Shown here one piece after another: positions 54,985-63,770 of a stretch of 64,000 nt of DNA. The DNA is from an uncultured Candidatus Saccharibacteria bacterium (lineage in GTDB: Bacteria; Patescibacteriota; Minisyncoccia; Phycocordibacterales; PALSA-1337). The notes below the pieces were generated by a model. The model was not told the DNA's origin and did no database searches. It worked only from the letters and a program-made list of their open reading frames with translations. Each line of letters begins with the position of its first letter. The first letter of the stretch is position 1. The DNA lies in contig CAYXWP010000001.1 of NCBI GenBank assembly GCA_964468845.1, forward strand, positions 6,411 through 70,410. Direction: 5' to 3'. The translations under genes were made by a program, and so were the position numbers.

Positions 54985-56475
54985 ATGGCTCACATCCCTC
55001 AGTCAGTACTTGAAAAACAAGCAGTTATCGAAGGCCTCAGTCTGCGTGGTCGTGGAAAAGTTCGCGAATCGTATGACCTGCTCGGGCATCCAAACGAAAT
55101 GCTAGTGGTGGCATCAAACCGCTGTAGCATCTTCGATTTTGTTTTACCAGCCTTGGTCCGCCTTAAAGGAGAAATCCTGACGGCGATGAACCACTTTTGG
55201 GTGACGAATGTCATCGGTGAAATCTTTGAAACCGACCTCGTCGCCTGCGGATCCGGCGTGGATCTGTTTCTGCCAGAGGGTCTGCGTGGTAATGCGGAAC
55301 TTCAGAAGCAAGCCACGGTGGTGAGAATTCTCCCCGCTCCAGACGTTGAGGACGTCGTACGTTTTATCCTCACTGGAGGTGGTTGGGAAAGCTACAAGGC
55401 AACGCAAAGCATCTGTGGGCATCGCTTTCCGAATGGCCTCAGTGATGGAAGCAGGCTTCCATTTCCAGTTTACACCCCAACAACGAAAGCGGCCGTCGGT
55501 CATGATGAACACATCACTGCCGACAGTGTCGCCGAACGTTATGGTGTAAAACGCGAAAGGATGTCTCTGCAGGTAGCTGGGCTTATCGCAAGTTACGCTG
55601 CCAGTCGTGGAATTATTCTCGCAGACACCAAGTTTGAGTTCAGTCTGAGCAATGGGAAGTTGATTTTGGCGGATGAAAAAGGAACCCCGGACTCGAGCCG
55701 ATTCGTCGACAAGGCGACCTGGGAAAAACTCGCGTCAAAGGGCAAGTTTCCGCCCTCACTCGACAAACAATACATTCGTGATTGGGGCATCAAAGCAGGG
55801 GTCAAAATACGAGATCCCCGTAAAGCTGAGGATCTAGCCTTTGTTGACTCGCTTGAAGTGCCGGAACGAGTCACAGATATGACCACCAGCATTTACCGCT
55901 ATGTCTTCTGGAGGCTGACCGGCAAGCAAATCGAGTATTATCAGCGTGACATCTTGGGAATCGCCATGCAGACACCCACACGACGCAAGATCCATGTCGT
56001 GGTCGGAAGCGAAAGCGACTTACCGCAAATTGTCAGGGGGGTTGATTCCATGCGAGTTGTTGCTGACGTGGGTGTAAGCGCCATCAGTTGTCATCGCAAC
56101 CCGGATGAACTGCGACGTTTCGTTCGTGATGAACTAACCACGACTGATGTAGTCATCGCCGGCGCTGGGAAAGCTGCAGCATTACCTGGAATTATCAAGA
56201 GCTACTTGTGCGAACTCGGCAGCCATGTGCCAGTCATTGGTGTTGCCCTTGATTCTGAAAACAGGAAGGACAATGATGCAGCAATATATTCGATTGAATG
56301 CTTGCCAGGGCAACCTGTCGAACTTGATGCCGACGGCAATGCCTATTTCGGCCCAATCGGTTTCATGAAGGCTTGTAGTGCCGCTTCGTGGGATGAGTTC
56401 CTCCCGAAGGCAGTCGAACACAAACCTGCGAAAATCCATATCGAGGGGCAACTTGGGCGGTCTTATCCCCACTAA
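54985..56475 (+). CDS. Bifunctional SAICAR synthetase (PurC) / N5-CAIR mutase-type PurE fusion protein; GC-rich
   Basis: The N-terminal about 300 aa carry PurC motifs (RGRGKVRESYDL, SNRCSIFDF, FWV). The C-terminal about 170 aa carry PurE motifs (HVVVGSESDLPQ, SCHRNPDEL, IAGAGKAAALPG, PVIGVAL). The AGAGxAAxLPG form is class I-like. Confidence 0.8.
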   Translation: MAHIPQSVLEKQAVIEGLSLRGRGKVRESYDLLGHPNEMLVVASNRCSIFDFVLPALVRLKGEILTAMNHFWVTNVIGEIFETDLVACGSGVDLFLPEGLRGNAELQKQATVVRILPAPDVEDVVRFILTGGGWESYKATQSICGHRFPNGLSDGSRLPFPVYTPTTKAAVGHDEHITADSVAERYGVKRERMSLQVAGLIASYAASRGIILADTKFEFSLSNGKLILADEKGTPDSSRFVDKATWEKLASKGKFPPSLDKQYIRDWGIKAGVKIRDPRKAEDLAFVDSLEVPERVTDMTTSIYRYVFWRLTGKQIEYYQRDILGIAMQTPTRRKIHVVVGSESDLPQIVRGVDSMRVVADVGVSAISCHRNPDELRRFVRDELTTTDVVIAGAGKAAALPGIIKSYLCELGSHVPVIGVALDSENRKDNDAAIYSIECLPGQPVELDADGNAYFGPIGFMKACSAASWDEFLPKAVEHKPAKIHIEGQLGRSYPH

Positions 56476-56514
56476 GAACCAGAACCGTTCCTGATACTAA
56501 TCACTTGCAACAAT

Positions 56515-56548
56515 CCAGCGTATGAAAATACGCTGGTATTTTATTTTC
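56515..56548 (+). terminator. Intrinsic terminator of the purC-purE gene
   Basis: Perfect ccagcgtat / atacgctgg stem with a GAAA loop, then TATTTTATTTTC. Confidence 0.6.
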
Positions 56549-56638
56549 ATAATAAATTTACTCCCATTAAATTTGCCAAAATTAATAATTCATGATATTT
56601 TGCTAAGCAGTCTGAACCTTACCAACCAAGGCACCACT

Positions 56639-57205
56639 ATGTTTATCGAATCCATCGACCGCTGGCTACTTACTAACGTTTTTCAGAAGTTCTCCAACTG
56701 GTTTCAAAGACTTACTGGCAAAGACAACTTCTTTCTTGCTAATGTCTGCATATTCATGGAACTGACTTGCAGCATAATCCGATCGATTTATATAAAGAAA
56801 GATGTTCGCTTCATTGTGATCACTTCTGATTTCGTGTTCGCTATTATATTTTTTTTCACGGTGAAGCTAATAAGAATGCGTCATAAACAAATGTCCATTA
56901 AGTCAATGGGAATGAACCCTTTGGCGATAAGCCCAGGAAGTATTTTGATGAGAGTGATTGGTGTAGTTATAGTATTTACTGGGATCATCAAATTCTTTGT
57001 GGATTTGAAAATGCATGGAGGTATTCCAACAGATACTCTGATCAAGTTTGTGTTTGAACAGGCTGGATCAGGATTTATGGTATCAGCCTTCTATCTGATA
57101 GCTTGCACTCCACTACCACCTCAGAAAGGTAAGATCAGCGAGTGGCTAACTAACTTAGGGGAATCCCTCGCGAACAGAATGTCCCCAGTGCCAGAGCCGG
57201 TGTGA
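56639..57205 (+). CDS. Hypothetical multi-pass membrane protein
   Basis: The track's ORF starts at 56522, inside the terminator hairpin. The Met at 56639 (MFIESIDRW) is the more plausible start. 4-5 TM helices. Confidence 0.35.
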   Translation: MFIESIDRWLLTNVFQKFSNWFQRLTGKDNFFLANVCIFMELTCSIIRSIYIKKDVRFIVITSDFVFAIIFFFTVKLIRMRHKQMSIKSMGMNPLAISPGSILMRVIGVVIVFTGIIKFFVDLKMHGGIPTDTLIKFVFEQAGSGFMVSAFYLIACTPLPPQKGKISEWLTNLGESLANRMSPVPEPV

Positions 57206-57221
57206 GGTGATCGAAGCACAG

Positions 57222-57270
57222 CGTGCCAGAGCCATCGTCAGGGAGAAATTCCTCACGATGGTTTTATTTT
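57222..57270 (+). terminator. Imperfect hairpin plus long T-run
   Basis: ccatcgtcagggag-aaatt-cctcacgatgg followed by TTTTATTTTTTATTT. Confidence 0.4.
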
Positions 57271-57449
57271 TTATTTATCTTAAATTAATTGTCATTTAGT
57301 CTCCCTTCTCGTCTTCCAAATTATAGGAAACATCGGAACGATACATAGATACCACGTAGTTACTCTGATCAGTTTTGAAGTGGTTTCTATTTCAGTTTTC
57401 CAATATAGACCTATCCACAAATCTTGTCTTACAAATTTTATTTTCATAC

Positions 57450-57785
57450 TTAAAATAAGTTTCCACCAATAACTGATATAGCCTTATCAGGCGTGATTAA
57501 TACAACATTACCATCTTTATCAGGAACTCCAAGTGTCAAAACTTCTGATTCAAAAAGTCCAATTTTTCGAGAAGGAAAATTAACAACACCCAAAACCAAC
57601 TTGCCAATAAGTTCTTCCTTTTTATAGAGTGCGACAATTTGCGCAGAGGAGTTTTTAACACCAATCTCAACACCAAAATCTATCCTAAGTTTATATGCCG
57701 GTTTCTTTGCTTCAGGAAAATCATTCACTTCAATTATTTTCCCCACCCGAATATCTATTTTTTTGAAATCTTCAATGGTTGCCAT
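57450..57785 (-). CDS. tRNA-binding protein (CsaA / Trbp111, OB-fold Myf domain)
   Basis: FKKIDIRVGKIIEVNDFPEAKKPAYKLRIDFG...SAQIV..Y..EELIGKLVLGVVNFP. Confidence 0.75.
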   Translation of the reverse strand: MATIEDFKKIDIRVGKIIEVNDFPEAKKPAYKLRIDFGVEIGVKNSSAQIVALYKKEELIGKLVLGVVNFPSRKIGLFESEVLTLGVPDKDGNVVLITPDKAISVIGGNLF

Positions 57786-57790
57786 GTTAT

Positions 57791-58444
57791 TTAATTAAGT
57801 ATTATATATTTACCTTCACTAATTACATCGACCATGCCATCAACAATTTTTAGCGCTGACTGATCATCAAGAGCATAAATCTTCTTAGGTAGTGTCTTAG
57901 CGACCTCTCTAATCGTGTCCTCCATACGTATTGGGTAAAATGGAGAATTAAGGTGGGGTAAAAAGTAAAAATCAACATAATTCAATCCATCCATAGGCTT
58001 CTCCCCTATATCATCTCCATAAATTATTTGTGACAATCTCAAAGCAAGATCTGGATTAGTCACCATACTGCCTGCACTTGACCCTACATATACTTTTGTC
58101 TTAATAAACTCAGGGAGAATATTGATAAGTCCAGATTTATTTATCCACCTCATTAAGTGATAGGTATTACCACCTTCAAAATACAAAATATCCGCTTCTT
58201 CCAACTGTGGTCTCCAAATACTTTCTGAAACCGCAGAAATATCCACAATATTTACTGATTTAAAATTTTGTTTATAAATATTATTAAGGTCTTTTATAAA
58301 CCATTCTTTGTTACCCATTTCAACATTTGAAGCTGTCGGAATAAAAGCAATTATTGTATCATTGAGTTCTTTCCCAACTAAGTCAAAAAGTGCTTTTGAA
58401 ATTGACTTGTTTGTAAGCCCTGATGAGGTTAGAAGAAATTTCAT
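57791..58444 (-). CDS. Peptidase S51 (dipeptidase E / type 1 glutamine amidotransferase-like)
   Basis: ADILYFEGGNTYHL...YVGSSAGSMV. Confidence 0.65.
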   Translation of the reverse strand: MKFLLTSSGLTNKSISKALFDLVGKELNDTIIAFIPTASNVEMGNKEWFIKDLNNIYKQNFKSVNIVDISAVSESIWRPQLEEADILYFEGGNTYHLMRWINKSGLINILPEFIKTKVYVGSSAGSMVTNPDLALRLSQIIYGDDIGEKPMDGLNYVDFYFLPHLNSPFYPIRMEDTIREVAKTLPKKIYALDDQSALKIVDGMVDVISEGKYIILN

Positions 58445-58445
58445 A

Positions 58446-58943
58446 TTACTTAATTAATAAATTAATAATACTATGTAGAGACGTAACATATTTATCAGGA
58501 TAATTTTTCATATCAAGAAGAAGATCATCTTTATTAATCCATTTAATTTGCTCGACTTCATCCTCTTGAATAACAAATTGCTCAATGGATCTATCTATCT
58601 CACAAAGAAACCACTGACCAAAATATTTTCTTGGCGATACAGAGTGTTGTTTCGGACCTAATTCTAATTTTATACCTGTTACTCCAATTTCTTCCTCAAG
58701 TTCTTTATACGCATTTGACTCGTATGTCTCTCCTTCTTCAACAGTTCCGGCAGCAGCAGGTCCCCACTTTCCTGGATCCTTACTTTTTGTAAATTTCCTC
58801 TGAGCGATTAGTATTTCACCTTGAGAATTGACCAACCAAATACCAGTACATCTATATGTTTCTTTTAAATAATCCACTTCATCACGATATTTTGTTCCCA
58901 CTGGAACATCATTATCATCTACGATAACTACCTTCTTTTTCAT
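58446..58943 (-). CDS. NUDIX hydrolase (IDI-like architecture)
   Basis: Nudix box AAGTVEEGETYESNAYKELEEEIGV. Confidence 0.65.
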   Translation of the reverse strand: MKKKVVIVDDNDVPVGTKYRDEVDYLKETYRCTGIWLVNSQGEILIAQRKFTKSKDPGKWGPAAAGTVEEGETYESNAYKELEEEIGVTGIKLELGPKQHSVSPRKYFGQWFLCEIDRSIEQFVIQEDEVEQIKWINKDDLLLDMKNYPDKYVTSLHSIINLLIK

Positions 58944-58956
58944 AAGTCTAATATTA

Positions 58957-59631
58957 TCACATTTTCTTAGCTAAACTCACTATAGTAATTTTCTTTACTT
59001 TATCAACATGTTTGTAACCTAAATCTATTTTTGCATCAGAATTCTGTATGTCCCCATACATCAAATTTTCAAAGCCGTTGTCAGTTAAAATATTGTACAT
59101 TTCCCATTTTGTCTTTATAAAATTAGATACAACAACTGAATTCTGTTTACACCCCAATCTCACTGGTATAACTGTGTTTATTAGGCTTTCTGATCCCTTA
59201 GCAACATCATACGCACTAAATGTCGACAGCAAAATTCCGTCTCTCTTTAAGACTCTTTTAATTTCTAATATTGGTTTTATGTATTCATCAAAATGATGGA
59301 AAACAAAATTTGAAAAAACTATATCAATTGAACCATCTTCAATTGGCATATTAGCCCCATCAGCCACAACAAATTTTACATTTTTATATTTTTCACTTAA
59401 ATTATTACCCGCCAACTTAATCATTTTCTGACTATTATCAATTCCAGTAACAGACTTGGCACCCAATTGAGATAAAATCAGAGAGTACCTACCATCTCCA
59501 CAACCAAAATCAAGAATATCCTTACCTTCTAAACCAATTTTACCAATCAAAGAAAAAACTAGCTCATCCGTCGCAATAAAATCACCTCTATTTTTTGAAT
59601 AATCATCTGAAAGCTTATCTGAGTATTGCAT
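58957..59631 (-). CDS. Class I SAM-dependent methyltransferase
   Basis: ILDFGCGDGRYSLIL motif I and an acidic motif II. Confidence 0.75.
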   Translation of the reverse strand: MQYSDKLSDDYSKNRGDFIATDELVFSLIGKIGLEGKDILDFGCGDGRYSLILSQLGAKSVTGIDNSQKMIKLAGNNLSEKYKNVKFVVADGANMPIEDGSIDIVFSNFVFHHFDEYIKPILEIKRVLKRDGILLSTFSAYDVAKGSESLINTVIPVRLGCKQNSVVVSNFIKTKWEMYNILTDNGFENLMYGDIQNSDAKIDLGYKHVDKVKKITIVSLAKKM

Positions 59632-59639
59632 AAAAATTT

Positions 59640-60098
59640 TTATTTTTCCCAGTTATCTATTAACTGATTAACAATCTTGGCGTTATTTTCTATAAGATCA
59701 TGAGTTATTTTTTTATAGTAACCCACAAGTTCTTCAGCTTTATATTTGTTAATGTTAAAATTTAATTGCAATTGAAAATATGGTTCCCTCTTAATTTCAT
59801 CTTCTATCTTATCTAGATCATAATTATTACGAAAGCTAGATAAACCATACAACTCAATTCCCGACATATTTTTCAATAAATTAAATAGGTTACCACTCCA
59901 GGAATCTGATTTAATGATGAATACAAAATATACTTCATCTCCGTAAGAACCTATTTCACAATATTCTGTAGTTAAAGTAGGTATACCTATCTCTATCGGT
60001 TTATCACTTTTATCATAATTCCCTTTAGTTATTTCCTCAAAAGTCACGACGCCAGAACTTTCCAATTTATTTTTTATTTCTTTAATTATATCTGCCAT
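59640..60098 (-). CDS. Hypothetical protein
   Basis: ORF only. Confidence 0.3.
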   Translation of the reverse strand: MADIIKEIKNKLESSGVVTFEEITKGNYDKSDKPIEIGIPTLTTEYCEIGSYGDEVYFVFIIKSDSWSGNLFNLLKNMSGIELYGLSSFRNNYDLDKIEDEIKREPYFQLQLNFNINKYKAEELVGYYKKITHDLIENNAKIVNQLIDNWEK

Positions 60099-60163
60099 AA
60101 TTTATATTATATATCATCCGTAGCTTCTATTACATTATTAATTAAAATAATATATTAATTCTC

Positions 60164-60199
60164 TACAAAAACGCACCTGTAGCCGGAGCTACAGGTGCG
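60164..60199 (-). terminator. GC-rich intrinsic terminator of purD copy 2 (bidirectional)
   Basis: Perfect 12-bp cgcacctgtagc / gctacaggtgcg stem with a cgga loop, and T-runs on both sides. Confidence 0.6.
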
Positions 60200-60228
60200 A
60201 GTGTTTTTCAAACGAGGAACGATCTTTG

Positions 60229-61524
60229 TCAGTGGACCGCCAAGGACTTGGCACCGATATCTTTCCGATACTGTGCACCTTCGAAGTCGATGCACTCCAC
60301 ACCGTTGTAAGCGTGATCGAGTGCTTCCTGTAGCGTTGCACCGATGCCGGTGACACCGAGGACACGTCCGCCAGATGTGACGAGATGGCTATCAGTTTGC
60401 TTGGTACCTGCATGGAACACGACGACGCCAGGAAGAATCTCGGCGTTATCGATGCCTGTGATCGGCAGACCTTTTTTGTAGTTAGGCGATGGGTAGCCAC
60501 CGGACGCCATTACAATGCAGGCAGCGAAGCCCGGATTCCACTCGACGTTGATCTCATGGAGTCGTCCTTCGACGCACGCCTCCAAGATGTCGAGCAGATC
60601 TGTTTTCAAGAGACACATGTAAACCTGTGTCTCCGGATCGCCGAATCGCGCATTGAACTCGAGGACCATGGGTCCCGCTTCTGGCATCTTGAGTCCGGGA
60701 TAAAGCAAACCGACGAACGGCGAGCCTTTTTCGCGGAGCCCGCTAAGAATTGGGCCGATGATCTGTTCACTCACCGCATTGTGGTCTTTGAACCACGGGA
60801 CCGGAGCAATCGTACCCATGCCACCGGTGTTCGAACCATCGTCGCCATCGAATGCCGGCTTATGATCCTGCGCTGACGGAAACAGCTTGAACGACTTGCC
60901 ATCGCAGAACGCATGGATAGACACTTCCTGTCCGCCTACATATTCTTCGATGATGACCTCATCGCCAGCGCTTCCATGAAGGTGCTTCACCATGACCTCG
61001 TCGAGAGCCTGTTCAGCTTCGGTAAAATCACGGCAGACGTACGCTCCTTTTCCGAGAGCGAGACCTGATGCCTTCACGACAATCGGTAGTCCAAAGTACG
61101 TAGCAAAATGCCTGCGCACGTCCTCGAGGACTTGAGTGTGGTCCGTGTAAACATCGAACAATGCTGTCGGCACGCCGCAATCTTTCATGAGACGTTTCGA
61201 GAACACCTTCGATGCCTCGATTTGAGCCGCTGCCTTGGTGGGACCGAAGATGCGAAGGCCTTTTGCCTGAAATGCATCCACGATGCCGAGTGCGAGCGGA
61301 TCGTCTTGGCCGACGATAGTGAATTCGATCCCTTCCTTGAGTGCGAAGGCTAAGAGGCCGTCAACGTCCGTAGCTTTCACTGGAACGTTTTCTGCGATCT
61401 GAGCCGTGCCAGCATTACCTGGAGCGACGAAGAGTTTGCCGAGTCGGGGGGATTGGCGAAGTTTCCACGCAATTGCGTGTTCACGGCCGCCACCTCCGAC
61501 CAGTAGGACTTTCATTTGGTTCAT
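60229..61524 (-). CDS. purD: Phosphoribosylamine--glycine ligase (GAR synthetase), copy 2; strongly GC-rich
   Basis: MKVLLVGGGGREHAIAW and an ATP-grasp domain with LEFNARFGDPE. AAGGAG lies 8 nt upstream of the ATG. Roughly 40-45% identical to copy 1 by eye. Confidence 0.9.
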   Translation of the reverse strand: MNQMKVLLVGGGGREHAIAWKLRQSPRLGKLFVAPGNAGTAQIAENVPVKATDVDGLLAFALKEGIEFTIVGQDDPLALGIVDAFQAKGLRIFGPTKAAAQIEASKVFSKRLMKDCGVPTALFDVYTDHTQVLEDVRRHFATYFGLPIVVKASGLALGKGAYVCRDFTEAEQALDEVMVKHLHGSAGDEVIIEEYVGGQEVSIHAFCDGKSFKLFPSAQDHKPAFDGDDGSNTGGMGTIAPVPWFKDHNAVSEQIIGPILSGLREKGSPFVGLLYPGLKMPEAGPMVLEFNARFGDPETQVYMCLLKTDLLDILEACVEGRLHEINVEWNPGFAACIVMASGGYPSPNYKKGLPITGIDNAEILPGVVVFHAGTKQTDSHLVTSGGRVLGVTGIGATLQEALDHAYNGVECIDFEGAQYRKDIGAKSLAVH

Positions 61525-61700
61525 GATCTTGTCTCCTTTTTTTGTGAGAGGTTCAGGTGAGTACTTTAAGCCGTACCCTTAGCTTGCCGAAGTACATCGA
61601 CTCTGGAGCAATATTAGCCGACAATTGACATAAAATCAAATTTGTTGAGCTACTGTAGGTCGAACCAAATTGTATAAACCATACGTCCTTTTTTTTATAA

Positions 61701-62162
61701 TCAGTAACCCTTTGGAGGCGACGCTTTTTCTCCAAGATAAATAAGATCTAGAGATATAATTTCTTGGTATATATTATTAACTAGATCACCTAAAATTTGC
61801 TTCTCTTTTTCTGTTTTTGTCATAAGAATGTAGTCTAAAGCCTTATCAAAATCATTATTATATTTTTGATTAATGTCCTTCCAATGTATCCCTTTGAGAA
61901 TAGCTCCTGCATTTTGATCATATGAAATAACCCCAATTTTCAGCAAAAAAGCGATTGACGGGTAGCCCAAATCACCTATCCAATATGAGCTATTATCATT
62001 AGACATAATAGCTTTCTTACTCGAATCGTAAATGACATCGTAATGTTTATTTCTACTAGACGAATATACTTTAGCTGAATTACCGTCAATCTCTACTCTG
62101 CTATCTGCTACGGCACCCAATGCTTCATAAATTTTGATTACGTGAGGATATTTCCATTTCAT
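61701..62162 (-). CDS. Hypothetical protein
   Basis: ORF only. Confidence 0.3.
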   Translation of the reverse strand: MKWKYPHVIKIYEALGAVADSRVEIDGNSAKVYSSSRNKHYDVIYDSSKKAIMSNDNSSYWIGDLGYPSIAFLLKIGVISYDQNAGAILKGIHWKDINQKYNNDFDKALDYILMTKTEKEKQILGDLVNNIYQEIISLDLIYLGEKASPPKGY

Positions 62163-62173
62163 ACACTATTTGA

Positions 62174-62734
62174 TTATAGACTGTTTAGTTCCTTCATTAT
62201 TTCAGGAAGTTCTACATAGCCATCAGTCTCTGAAATATGACCTGCATTGTGCATCACCACTACCTTTGACCCGAGCTCGCTGAACTTCTGTTTATTTATT
62301 TCAAAAGCACCGAACGGATCATTATCGGAAATGATTAAGGTTGATTTTGGCAAAACCTTTCTTATTTTTTCTATGTCTATGGGTGTATGTATCCAAGGAC
62401 TGGCGATCCTCTCAGTTTCCTCATCCTCCAAGTTTTCCAAATTAAACCAACCTGCCACGAATATAGCTCCCCCAACCTTTACATTGACTGTTTCTAAATA
62501 TCGCAAAATAGCCTGACATCCAATACTGTGACCAATAAAATATGTGTTCCTGTCAGGAGTGCCTGCAACTTCTGTGAGTTTGCTAACCCATTTCCCTATT
62601 TCCGGAACATCCATGTCAGGCATTTCGGGTACGAGAACTTCAGAACCAAGCTTCTCTAGCTCGACTCTGAGCCATGGCCTCCAATCACCCTCTGCTCCAG
62701 ACATCCATTGATGGACTATAATTACTTTTTTCAT
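62174..62734 (-). CDS. Serine hydrolase of the YdeN/RBBP9 alpha/beta-hydrolase family
   Basis: IIVHQWMSGAEGDW...FIGHSIGCQAILRYL...HNAGHI. Confidence 0.6.
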   Translation of the reverse strand: MKKVIIVHQWMSGAEGDWRPWLRVELEKLGSEVLVPEMPDMDVPEIGKWVSKLTEVAGTPDRNTYFIGHSIGCQAILRYLETVNVKVGGAIFVAGWFNLENLEDEETERIASPWIHTPIDIEKIRKVLPKSTLIISDNDPFGAFEINKQKFSELGSKVVVMHNAGHISETDGYVELPEIMKELNSL

Positions 62735-62782
62735 ATATATTTGTTAAATTGTAACACGATCATTCATTTTTGATTCTCTTCA

Positions 62783-63448
62783 TTATCCCAAATGGGTATG
62801 GTCGTTGTAAATCCAAAGTCTCCAACTATCCTCCTGTCCAAAACTTGATTGGTAACGGATAACCGTAATGCCAGTATTTTCCGTATGTGCGCTCTTTTGA
62901 AATTTAAAGAATATTTCTTCAGACAGTGAATCACCGACAAGTATCCGGGCAATCAATGTACGCAAGAAAAATCCATGAGTAATTACAACAATTGATTGTT
63001 CTGATTTGTCCTGCAGAAATTTAAGTGCCTTATCAGCGCGTTTTAAAATATCATCAAAATTTTCTCCGTCAGAAATACGCATGCCTGAGATATATAAACT
63101 CTTCTCCCATTCATTCCAAATATCATTTGCCACCTTATCCTCATGAGGTTTACCATTTATAGAAGTTGGCTTCACCCTTTCGACAAATAGATTTGAAAAT
63201 TCATACGTTTTCCCAGTAGCTTTAGCAATAAAGTCGGCAGTTTCTTTCGCCCTTTCTAATGGACTTGTGATTAAGACATCGAATCGTAATTTAGCTATTC
63301 TCTTTGCTATAGACTCTGCTTGTTTTTTGCCAAGCATGCTAAGTGGAGAATCGGGAGATTGGAATACAGAAGTAGCATTATGTTCGCTCTGTCCGTGACG
63401 AATAAAATAAACTATCTTTTTGATATTTTTATCAAGTTTGACATTCAT
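62783..63448 (-). CDS. Histidine phosphatase (phosphoglycerate mutase-like) family protein
   Basis: VYFIRHGQSEHN catalytic RHG motif and a downstream His. Confidence 0.7.
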   Translation of the reverse strand: MNVKLDKNIKKIVYFIRHGQSEHNATSVFQSPDSPLSMLGKKQAESIAKRIAKLRFDVLITSPLERAKETADFIAKATGKTYEFSNLFVERVKPTSINGKPHEDKVANDIWNEWEKSLYISGMRISDGENFDDILKRADKALKFLQDKSEQSIVVITHGFFLRTLIARILVGDSLSEEIFFKFQKSAHTENTGITVIRYQSSFGQEDSWRLWIYNDHTHLG

Positions 63449-63768
63449 ATATTTTCCAAAGGATACACATCCAAAGCTACTTCTTCATACGGATGGACAC
63501 TTTTAATTGCTTCAATTACATCAGTCAGTTTTTCTCTAGAACAAACCACCTCTATTCTTTCCTCTACAACTTCCTCAAATTTTCCAACTTCACCTATATA
63601 TGGATTAGCCTCTTGTTCTGGTCTGAACCTTCCGACACCCTTTGACGAGAAAGTGCAGTAACTATAATTACCAATTTTGCCTGCACCAGCCTTGCCCATA
63701 GCTTCACGAACTATATCTGTGTGAGTTTCTGGCACAAAGACTATAATTTTTACGTTATTTGAATTCAT
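63445..63768 (-). CDS. PII/CutA-like small protein (COG3323-type)
   Basis: VFVPETH...EAMGKAGAGKIGNYSYCTFSSKGVGRFRP...NPYIGEVG...HPYEEVALDVYPLEN. Confidence 0.4.
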   Translation of the reverse strand: MNSNNVKIIVFVPETHTDIVREAMGKAGAGKIGNYSYCTFSSKGVGRFRPEQEANPYIGEVGKFEEVVEERIEVVCSREKLTDVIEAIKSVHPYEEVALDVYPLENI

Positions 63769-63770
63769 AT

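Noticed and set aside
56522-56638. Track start of ORF 56522..57205
   Set aside because: The ATG at 56522 lies inside the stem of the purC-purE terminator hairpin at 56515-56536. A downstream Met at 56639 is the more plausible start.
60189-60876. ORFs 60189..60500 (minus strand, other frame) and 60385..60876 (plus strand) inside purD copy 2, and similar shadow ORFs such as 705..902, 8434..8796, 39587..40237 and 53932..54312
   Set aside because: They are antisense or off-frame ORFs within strongly supported genes. GC-rich sequence in particular generates long spurious frames.
61650-61670. tRNA-like GGTTCGACC motif
   Set aside because: The flanks cannot form a T-stem or an acceptor stem, so it is an isolated chance match.
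61525-61700. Purine or ZTP riboswitch in the leader of purD copy 2
   Set aside because: I could not find the purine-riboswitch core (conserved loop-loop pairing and the U/C specificity junction) nor the ZTP pfl motif (GGGUCGUGAC...CCGCCUGGGCA). The leader shows only a good SD.
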